A stretch of DNA of 64,000 bases from Paragordius varius (lineage: Eukaryota > Animalia > Nematomorpha): NCBI GenBank assembly GCA_964247055.1, contig OZ176052.1:1178001-1242000 (forward strand), given 5' to 3'. Positions 52,746 to 64,000 of this stretch are shown piece after piece; position 1 is the first letter of the stretch, and each line of letters begins with the position of its first letter. The position numbers and the translations under genes were made by a program. A model generated the notes under the pieces. The model saw only the letters and a list, made by a program, of their open reading frames with translations. It searched no databases and was not told where the DNA came from.

Positions 52746-55700
52746 TACTAGTTAATTTTATTAATATATTTTATCAGGATACTTTTTTGTGGACCTGCGA
52801 TATGATTTATCCTTTATCTTTACAAGATATGACAATATTTTAAGTATAAAAGGCTAAAGTCATTGGTACCCAAGCGGCTGACCTAAAAGTACATTTTATG
52901 GCCCTTAATTTTAAATTTAATATTTAATGTTATACTTATTTAGAATATAAATAATACGTGCATATGTGTCAACACTTGAGTTTAGAGTCAATTTCATCAG
53001 AAATAGTTTGCTATATATTCTCAAGAATAATATGTTAAAAATTCCTATAGATTAAAAAACTAAAATTGCCCCATTTCACAGGTAAGATATGATGCCACTC
53101 GTATATCACGAACCTACAAAATAGCCATTTTTCGTTTAAAAAATGGGTGCAGTAGTCAGTTTATTCCGTAATAAATGAAAAAATGCTATATATGAGCAAT
53201 AGGGAGATGCGGTAGGTCACTATTCAATTATTATGCGATGTAAAAAAACTACTAATGAAAATTTTATATTATCAAAAATTACATGTGTTTAGTATTCGAG
53301 GCTTGTGTGTCATATAAGAAGGATATTCTTTTTTAGTAATACTGGCCCGTATCTCTGAGCGCACTAAAGATAATACATTTGTGTAAGCTGATTGGATCCT
53401 TTTTTAAAAAATATAATAAACTTTATTTAAAAATCAAGATATAAACTAAATAATATTTTAATTTTATTATTTAGCTCCAAATTCCTCATATTTTGGTGAC
53501 CGTTGAAATGTGGCCCTCTTATTAAAAGCAAGAGCCGGAAGTCTATTTAATTGGCAAAAACTAGAAAAAATTGCTAAATTATTATTCCAGTTTTATGTTT
53601 AAAATCTAATTAATTCCCTATGCCCATATATATTTGAAATGTGGACGGCCAAGTTTTTTGAGTAGGCCGGCGTTTGTTGGACACCCCCTGATTTAAAATT
53701 TATATTTTGGCCAATATAAAGTCGCATTAAGATATTATAAAAACACATTTTCTAATGTTGTACATTATTATTATAGCGATTTTAATTTACGTAGATGCTT
53801 TGTATCAATATTTTATCTAACCTTTAGAACAACAAACCTTTTTATTACTCTAAGTCTAAGGTAAATATTTATAACCAATATATTACGCTGACAAAATGTT
53901 TTGATCATATCTTTAAGTAATTTTACACAATTTTTGTCATGCTTTAACACACCAAAATATGTTTTACAAAATTTTGTTAAAGTGCAGCAAGTAGAAATTA
54001 AAGGCTTGAAAATCGACGGTCTCTTGCCAACTAAGACATTATTTGAAGTATAAGGCAGACTTATATTTTGAAACTTTTAATTGCGCAACTAAATTTTTAA
54101 AAACAGTGCATTTTAGCGAAGCCCAAAAACCAGAATTGGACATGATTAAAATACTGAAGTTTTGTATTAATTAAGATGTTTTATTTTATGATTTTTTTTG
54201 GAATGAAGCATTAAGCTTTGCAAATTTTTTTATATTTCGATGGGGAAAAATACCCATAAAAGTGTTATTATTTTTAACTGTCTTGTTTAAAATCAAAAAA
54301 CACTTTTTCAAAATATATTTAAAATCATTTTTTTACGACTCCTGATTTCGCACACCGTGTTATATTATCTTGGAAAACAAAATAAGCACTACAAAGTTCC
54401 GTAAATATCTTAAAATGATTCTTATTTTATTTTAATCTCCTCTGATTAGATGATGCAAAATGACTTGTCTTTTATGATGTTCAAAAAAAATTTCACCAGA
54501 GTGTTTTATCATAATCCCCATTATTTAGATAATATTGACCAATATTTTATGGCAGAACGATTTGGGTTAAAGATCAAACATAAGATTTGTACGGCTAGAT
54601 TATGCAGGCCTGAATGTGTAATTTACAGATTCGAGGGATTTAAAAAATCAGGAAGACTTGTTGATGCTGAATATAGGGAGCAAAGATAAGATGATAATAA
54701 AGCAAACAAGTGATATTTTTATTGCAAGGAGAATTACCAAATATAAAAGGCAATGTAATGGGTAGTCTAAAGGATTCACAATACAGAAAATTTCGCAAAC
54801 CAAGATAAATGGGTCGATGAATCGTGAATTGGTTATAGCATGCTAAGTATTATTTTTGATTAAGATTTTCACCTAATGTAAAAGCTAATCCTGACAATTC
54901 CCTAAGCGTGTCCAATGGTTTCCCATTTAGGTATTTTATTGCTAGTTTTTTAACATTTGGAAAGCAGCATTATTGCAAATTTCTCCCAAAAACTCTAACC
55001 TAAACGGTATACTACTTTCATTTTAAATTAGGGTTTAAGTGTTTAAACCAGAAATTGCATTTTCCGCAAACGATGTAACGTTGCATTAGATTGGTCAATG
55101 CTAATAAAATTGATTTATTTGAGCATACTTTTAGGTATGTAATGTATATATTGTCACTTTTGATATTCCAAATATATGACGGTTCATTTGTATTATGTTT
55201 TTAGAATATGGAGCATATCTCTTACTGTTATTATTTAAATACTTTAGTAACTGTATGGAAATATATAAATGGTTATTTTGCATGGGTATAAAACTAACTA
55301 GAAGTTTAATGCAATCTTTATGTGAAGGATGATTTATTTAAAATATTTCAATTTATTATAAAATTACGGAAACACCCTAATGTAAATCCATAATATTTGG
55401 TTGTTAAATTAGGTGACCTTGAGGGCATACATATTTTTTTAATTTTTTAATTTAAGTGCTTTAATTTAAATTACTTTGTAGTCAGGTGAATAACCTAATT
55501 GATTTTTAAATCTCATAACTTTTCAACAAATGCACATAAGTATTAGCAAATAAAAGTTACTTTAATAAGCGTTAATTCACACATTTTTTTTAAATATCAA
55601 TTAGATGTCCTCTAAAATCAAAAATTCTAATTTGAACAAATACATTTTTTACGGAAATCGTTATATTTAACCTTCATCTACTTTTTTAAAAAATGTAAAT

Positions 55701-55930
55701 TTCTAATTTTTGGACAGGAAGGGCTCACACTAAAAACAATATAAAAATCCTTAGTTAATGTGTAAAATCATTCCTAATTTTTTTCGTATTTCTCAATTTT
55801 TTACTCTCAATCCAACTTATACTCCTATTAACTGTTATTGTATCAACCTACACTAATATCTCACACTTACAGTAAGTCAACGGTTCCTTTTCGATCTGAT
55901 TTCAAATTCTAATTTTAATATCCTATCATC

Positions 55931-58900
55931 ATGGTATGTACTTCGGATAACCCAACCTGTAATTGTGGATGTGGTGGAAAACGCTTTGCTAAAACTACCA
56001 CACGAAACATTAAAGGAGTAGAGAATTTGCCATGTTCTCGAAGTTCAACGGTGTCTTGTGCCACCTCGTGTCAAGACACTGAGGACAATGGGAGTAGTAC
56101 TTTTGCAGAAAACAGCGATACCATTTCCAATTCCACTTTGACTCAAGACACGAAGAAAGATCATAAAAATAAAAAGCATCATGGCGAAGAATCTGACAAT
56201 GAGGGTTAAAATTATGTTTTTTGTGCTTAATTTTATATATATACTTTAATTATTGCATTTGCCATCACTAGGCATGGGTTACTTACAACTTTCATTATCC
56301 TAATACATAATAAGTCTTTACCGCTAAAAAGGAAACATGAATTCTATATATATATATATATATATATATTATTTATCATATAGAATGTACCGAAGACAAT
56401 GTTACGGAGACGACAGTATCTCAAAATGGAAACGGTAAAGTTTTATTCTTATACATACATTTATTATGTCCTAAATAATTTTTAATTTTGATATATACAA
56501 TGATCTTCGATACACAATACACGAATAATATAAATTTTTTTATTAACATTGCGTAAAATTAGAATATCGCCCTTCATATGTTTTCCTCCCTGAAGACGAT
56601 ATATGAAATTATATCAAAAAGTTATCTGGATTTTTATTAGACGAGAGATAAATTTTATAGATTTTTTAAAAATTTTTTTTAGACGATGATGATGATGATA
56701 CATATGCGGGTGGTAATGAAGATGAGTCATCATTAAATAGTGTGAGCCAATCTTCACATAGGAGGAAAAGTTTGTCAACCATTTCCCAATCCTCCGTGGC
56801 TGAGACGACATCTAGCAGTGGTATAGCAAGTGAATCAGAATCCTTTCAAAACTTGTCAAAGAATCTTAAAACGGTCAATACGCTTTACAACAAGCTTGCC
56901 AAGGATAATGGTGGTACGCTTAGCGGAAAAGATAAATTCCTTTTGACTAAGGTTAGTAAAAGTCTTTTAAGCACAACGAGCAAAAATACGAAAAAAGTAT
57001 CCCCTAAAGATAAGGAATTCCCGAATGATGATACCAAAGCACCCACATACAAAGCATCGAAAGTAACCATTGAGATACCAGGCAGGGTCAAGAAAACAAC
57101 TATAGTTACCGGTTCAGATAAAAGTTATAAAAGCAAAGACGAAACTGTAAAACAAGCAACCCCATCGGTGGCGAAACCAAGTGGATTAGATAAATTAAAG
57201 GAACTTAAAAAGTAATTACCCTTTTTAGCTATTATTATTGCCATTAGTATAATTTTTAAGAAAGGATTGCGTTGATACTCAGCTAAATTTTTTTGTTTTT
57301 AACCTAATTAATGATTAACTAAAAGTGTAATTAAAATGCCTTTATTTACTATTTTTAGTATTTTACCAGCTATAAATGCTTTTATATAATATGAGACTGT
57401 GATCTTCAAAGAGAACATAACTATCAAAAATAATTTTGCTGTACCAGATGACATCTTTAAAAATTATAGAATTAATTATATGTCAACAACTGATTCAGCA
57501 CTAAGTTGCATCAATAACATTTCGTTATTTTATGCAAGGATGAAATAACATTGACTAATTATACACTATACTATGGCCATACTTAAATAATTTCCAACTA
57601 AGAACTAGGATATATCTTTAATCGGTAGTTAATTTGTTAACTATGCTATACTTTGTCACAGGGGTTTAGAAGGTGATCAAGCTATTGTCGATCATGGTAC
57701 CTGTCCATATTGTAAAAAGCCTATTGTTAAATCAACATTTTCCGTAGTAAAAAAGGGAGGTATGCTATTATAAATATATATATATATATATATATGAATT
57801 ATAGCTATTATTCAAAACATTGTTCTAATATCCATATATTATAGATAATACATTTGATCGAACTCACAAATACTCTTGTACTTGTAGTATGACTAACAGA
57901 GCAACTGGGAAAACTGTTACTAAAGGTACACTTATAGTAATAATATTCAATGTATCCACACACATTAATTATTGATAAATTTATGAATTAATATATTAAT
58001 TTAATATTTCTAAAATATAGATATACCAAAAGCCGCTCTGCGAGGGAAAACTCCTAAAGGTATTGATGTGGATAATGTGCTAACTACTGAAAGAACTATT
58101 AGTACGCATAAAACTACGCATTTAACTGATGCCGACATAGATGAAAGTGTCCGTGCTAATATAAGGACAACTAAAGCCATACATAAGCATTATAAGAAGG
58201 GAAAAGACTCAGGTCCTTCGTCTATAGCTCAAACACCCACAGGCGAATCGGATATTAGCGGTTCAATTTCTAGCGGTGTCCCAAGTACAGTTTCTGGCAG
58301 CCGAGATAAGACACCACTCAAAAAAACCCCAAAGACCCCCAAAAAGACTGCTGGTGGAAAGGATGGCACACCAGTTACTACACCTGGCTCAACCGTTTCC
58401 TCAAGTCTTACTAAACCAAGCGCCGGATCTGAAGTATTAAAGTTACCTTAAAAAATTATACATGATATATATATATATATCTAAAATGACAATTTTTAAA
58501 ATATATATTTATACATTGTAATTTTTCTAGACACCAAAGACAGAAACATCTATCGGAGATGAACCTACAACGCCTTCTGAGGATTCAGGAATCGATGAAA
58601 TCGAGTATGTGTTTTTGTGATCATTATTATATATCAAAATCTAATTATTATCTTTTTATAATTTAGTATTGAATCGCCGGTCCCTGTCAAATACCACAAA
58701 AGTAATTTAATTTACAATTTAATATATTTTAGGTTTATATGCACTGTTTTATATTTTGATACCATTATATTATTTTTTAGAGGAAAACTGCTTTAAGGTT
58801 CCCGTGTTAGGAGAAGGGCCACCCCAAAAAATATTGGCTCCATCAGACTTTTCTCCTGAAGGTTTTTACTTATTTACTCAATTTTATTGTTTCTAAACAT

Positions 58901-61209
58901 AATAATTGAAATTATATTTTGTTTTCAATTAATGCGTTAAAGATTTGGATCCCGATGACCCAGAAAGTTACACTGAACCAACTGTCGATTATACTCCAAA
59001 TTGGGTTACCGGATACAAAGATGTCCTCAAATTTTGTCCTCAACTACAACCCATTAATGGGAAAGAATGCGTTTATCCTGTCGGTTCTATTGTGGTCATA
59101 CATGATATAGAAAACGCTAAACAAAGGCATTATACGGAACATACACACCGTGTTACATCGTATTTCTTATTCTTCTTTTAAAACTATTTTTAAATCACAA
59201 TAAAGAGTCATATTATTGAAGGGTCTTTAGGTAGATGAAGAAAAAAATAATGTTTGGACATTTTTTTGTCTTTATTCAATGACTAAAGCTAAAAATATGG
59301 CTGTTTTAAGTAATATACGTATATAATCATACTTTGTTGTGTTTATAACCTTTTGAGAATTCCGTGATATAGCGAGATATTTGATATGAAGATAAAATTG
59401 GTGATCTGTGAAACTTCGTTGATATAAATAGCGGACTCGGGTAGGTAATTTCCGGCTTTTACCACTAATCATGCACTTGTATGCTGTAATCAAAAGCAAT
59501 GCCCTAAAATTAAACTAAAAAATAGATAATCGAAAAATCGAGGCAACGAGGAACAACTCTATGTTTTAAGGCACATTTTTAATAGGTTCTCATAGTAAAA
59601 TCTCCGTTTAGTAAAATTTTAAGCGATTTTGTTGGGAAATTTGACGAAATTATTTTTTTTTCTTGTCATGGCTTCATAGGGTAGCGGTGCACCCTTGCAA
59701 TAAATATGTGGCGTCCGCACAGACCCCGGAAGATATAGAACCTGATTCAGACGATGAGGACACGGAAACCGAAAATCCATTGAAAAATAAGGTAAATGCT
59801 TTAATAATATATTTTAAATTGTACCTATCTTAAAAATATAATAAAAATCAAACATATTTTCTCCAGGCTCATGTTAGAGTATGGGACGATCAAACCCGCA
59901 AAACTTTAAGAAAGCTTTATAGCCCGGAATTCGATTGTGGCATAATAGATATGGACTTTTCATTTGTAATCACCTAACAATAAAACTATTTATTAGATGT
60001 TTAACTATTTTGTTAAATATAAATAATTTTTTATCCACAAATATGGCCACACAATATTTTTATTTTATTATTTAAAATTTGATTTAGGATGGGACATATG
60101 TTGTAATTTTTGATATGTTGACCAAATTTCACCTTTGGAAATGGGAAACCGATGATGATATCCTCACTTTCCCGGTAAATATTCTATTTTAGTACACCCT
60201 TCTATTTTGTTCAGACAATCAGTATCAATAATTATCTATTTATTTTTGTTCAATACTAGCTTCCTGAGGATAAAAAGGTAAATTTGAAGTTGGGACCACA
60301 ACCTTGGAGCCCTTGGTGCAACACTTTAGCTCAATTTGCGTTTTGTGCATATGCTTCCAAAGATACTATAGTTGAGGATGATCCCTTAGATTGGGTCCAA
60401 CCCACAACTGTTTTAACGGCGCCATCGGCGACTGACACATTCGAACCAAAGGTCTTTTTGATTAAATAATTTTAATAATCCTTAGGCTAACCACATGTAA
60501 CTATAACCCCTGTTAATAATTATTTAAGTAGTAACCGTATGGTGATCAAAGATTTTCAATGACCCTACAAATTTTCGGTTTCGCGTCCCAATTTTCGGGA
60601 AACAATCCGGTTTCAACCATAAACCCCTTTTGTTCTGCTCCTATAATTAAAATTTTTTTCCACATCTATGTTAATTATATCTTTCAATATCGATAAAAAT
60701 AAGTCAGGAAATGCTAAAAGGCTCCTGTATTTTTATTAAATTGGCTATGACTTTTGAATTCTTAGATAACATTTGATTACACCACCATTACAAGCATAAA
60801 TTTTGTCAACAAGCATATTGTGACAGGAGACATTAATGGAAATTTGATTTTATGGGATAAAGGTTAGTTTTACTTGATCTATTTAAAACCTTTTCAACAA
60901 AACAAAGCGACAAAATTTGGATAAGATATTAGGGAAAACCTTATTAAAAATAAATAATCGACAATTAATGTTAATATAATGTCATATCTAATATCTATCC
61001 AGATAAAAATCAAAAAGTTAAGGTGGACAAAGCACATGCATCCAGTATCACTACTATAATGGTTTACGATGATTATGGTTTAAGTAAGCCTATTATGCCT
61101 CCACCTCTAGATGATCCTGGTAAGGCAAAACATATGCTTCATAAATATTTATAAAACATATTTATGAAAGAGTTATTTTTTCCTTAAAAGGTTTTTAGAT
61201 AATAATCAC

Positions 61210-61247
<38 letters not shown>

Positions 61248-64000
61248 CGAAACATTATATGTTTTAGACGTTTTTAAAATTTTTGAAAACAGATTACACT
61301 GATGATTCTGACGATTCGGAATCTTCATCGGGAGGGTCTACACCTGGAAGTGGTATATATTTATATCTTTATACAATATATTTAATACCTCTATAACAAG
61401 AAGGCCATTTAATGTAAAATTTTGTCCAATATCATCTAGGAAAGATTAAACCCTCAATTTATTGATATCGAATGGGATTGCTCACCTTATGCCATATATA
61501 TATATATATATATATAACGTTTTTCTTTTTATATAAAACTTCATTTTTTTATTTTAACCATGTGCTTAAATTTCCATTTAGACTATTGCTGTTTCACAAA
61601 TAACTTATGAGGCAATTGAATGATGTATCATTCAAATTTGTCAATAACTATTTTTTGAAAAAGTTCTCGTTTATCCTATAGCTTCAAGTTCAGGAAAGGG
61701 GAGTCCGTTATCTACTCCGGCAAGTTCAGTTACGACTCCAAGTACACCAAACTCACCTACAACGTTGGATTCTGAGATTTCAGAAAGTACGACTAATAAC
61801 ACAACAACAACGACCACAACAACGACCACAACTATTGACGATTCTAGTAATACGACTGTCACGTCATCTTCTACCACTACCATAGATGAATCTACCACAA
61901 ACGCCGCCTCGTCTGGCTCAACAAGCGAATCAGGTGATGAGGATACTGATGATGATGTGCATGTATGCATAATCTTGACCACAGGAGCAGACGGTATGAT
62001 TAAATCATGGAAGGGGGATACGCTTGAACCATTGTGTCACACGATTAAGGTAATACTCTGATAACAATTACCTTATATTTTATGTTGCATATGGTTGTAA
62101 TACACTGATTGCTAGTTTGTTTATCAAAAATTTATTTATAAGCTAAATAGAGAGAACCTTGTAGGGGATTTTGTTATTTTTATAGATAAATTAGGCTCTT
62201 TTACAACGGTGTTAAATTAGTGATAAACATATATACATACTTTATAAACGAATTTGATTTAGGTACCAGAGAGTTGTGCTGTAAATGGAATCATTCCAGG
62301 TATCAATTGGGTAACTTCGCGTACAAAAAAATCGTCAGACCCATCAAAGCATACAACCTTAGCGCATTGTGAAGAGGTTCTTTCCGAAGCTGAGGGAAGC
62401 TTTATCGTAGCAACCGATACTAACAAAATTTATCATGGAAATTTTAAAGATGGTCTTACAATTGCTACTGAAGTAAAGTTCATTTATACTTAATATTCAT
62501 GTCTATTCACTACTCAATGAGACTTATGAGTGCCAGAATTTATACCGTATGTTATATAAAAATGTATAGGCACTTAAATTTTCCGCAACTGCAATCATAG
62601 CAGATACTAATTCTGATGTCTTACATATCACGTCTAACAAACAATTGTTAACATGGGATGTAAAGGGTTCAACCATTTCCTACAAATACAAACTTCCGGT
62701 ATTTGTATAAAAAATTAGTTTTATTTAAATATTTTGTTTCCGCTTTTCATTTTAGTTAATACAGATAATCGTCCATAAAGTTAGTTTTTATTATAAAAAC
62801 TTAATATGATAAATTATACGGTTACTTAAGGAATCAGTCACCTGCATAGGGCATCACCCAAAACATAACATATGTGTGGTTGGTAATGATAAAGGTCAAA
62901 TCAATATTTTGGATAGTTTAACTTACATTTCCTACGGCCTTAAAACCGCAAAAAATGGCATAACGATAAATTGCTTGGAATATTCACCCGGTTTTACAAT
63001 TTCATTTTTTGTTTTTATGTGTTTTATTCCAAAAATATCTAATCTGTTATTTTACACGCATTGTACATTTAGATGGTGAATATCTTGCTGCAGGATTAGC
63101 CGATTGTATTATATACGTTTTCAAGGTAACGGGAGACGGGAAAGCCCTAGAAGAATACGTACATTTCAAGGTATTTTTACAACAGTAGGAACCAAAATTT
63201 TCACTACATTCTTAAAATAAAGTTTTATCGTATTTATCCTGTTAACTCCTCTCCATATTAATTCATAAAAATTATATTTCCTAGCAACATTACACCGAAA
63301 TAATAGGCCTGGATTGGTCAGTAGGCTATCCTGCATTGGATGACGAGGAGGATATTGACACAGAAGCAAACAGTGATGTCATAACAGGTTCCGAAAAAGC
63401 TTCTGAAGAAAATGTATCTTCCAACGGTTCTGATGCTAACTTTGAATCTCACACTGATGGGCATGGATGGATCCATGGTAAGGGTAAAGGTAATTCATAT
63501 AATAATAATAATAATAATATAAATATTTGATTTAAAGCATATTATATTTGTGCTTAGATGATGAAATATCTATATATGATTGTTTAAAGGTTTTGATTGA
63601 TTCTAACATTCTAATACTTGCTTCTTAAAATTATTTTGATTTACATAAGGCAAATAAATTAATTTTATATCTGGAAAATAATAGATGTCTGCCTCCTCAA
63701 ATGCTTATTATATCGTATCTCATAAGTAAGTATTAAAAATCTAAAAATAGTAATTTTTTTATCATAGGTGATCACGGTGGAAGAGGTCGCGGTGGTCATT
63801 GTGGAGGTGGCAATTTCGGTAATATTTATTAATATTCATTTAAATGCCAAATTTAAATTGTTAATTCACTTATGAATGCACCAAAATTATTTATAAAATA
63901 CTATATCTATTAAGGTCTAAAAAGTACCCTCAATTATTTCGGTATATTATATTTAATAAAAATTCTATTTTTTAATCAACAGGTTTCGGGTTTTCTGGAA
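55931..64000 (+). CDS. EML-like: Echinoderm microtubule-associated protein-like (EML/EMAP; HELP + WD40) gene, >20 exons, 3' partial, with a long low-complexity N-terminal region
   Basis: NWVTGY..CVYPVGSIVVIHDIENAKQRHYTEHT, AHVRVWD, IVTGDINGNLILWD, ILTTGADGMIKSW, CLEYSPDGEYLAAG and HYTEIIGLDWS match EML order. Phase-consistent splicing links the 55931 exon through to the HELP/WD40 exons. Confidence 0.85.

Noticed and set aside
54450-54689. 79-aa ORF, possibly a transposase HTH remnant (YRFEGFKKSGRLVD)
   Set aside because: The similarity is too weak; no TIRs or DDE motifs were identified nearby.
60486-60650. GC-richer intronic stretch in the EML gene as a snoRNA or extra exon
   Set aside because: The flanking exons splice in phase without it, the frames from its acceptor hit stops, and no clear C/D or H/ACA structure was seen.
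61671-61982. Val-rich minus-strand ORF
   Set aside because: Antisense of the Thr-rich EML exon.

Overview
Very AT-rich eukaryotic (metazoan) genomic DNA with GT-AG introns (mostly about 55-95 nt, plus a few kb-sized TE-filled ones). The species cannot be determined from the sequence. Five conserved protein genes were reconstructed by hand-splicing: a KCTD8/12/16-family BTB+H1 gene (3060-10241, +), TRAPPC12 (about 28134-22992, -), SLC35F6-like (30340-32013, +), a highly divergent TGF-beta-family ligand (33067-38568, +) and an EML/EMAP-like WD40 gene that runs off the window (55931->64000, +). A diverged tandem duplication of about 5.9 kb (14524-20430 / 20484-26125) copies the last four TRAPPC12 exons. 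The extra copy keeps an open 282-aa frame with its own ATG, and all of its exon indels preserve frame. The rest is dense with mobile DNA: ten copies of a TACCATTTAC-terminus MITE, CAGT-terminus MITEs, a TTAA-flanked piggyBac-like element, CAC..GTG elements with a 4-bp TSD (Chapaev-like), an hAT-like MITE, a Mos1-like mariner fossil, an RTE/BovB-like LINE, a gypsy integrase fragment and a NeSL/Utopia-like retroelement 3' end. No rRNA, tRNA or CRISPR array was recognised. All homology calls come from recalled family motifs, not database searches.
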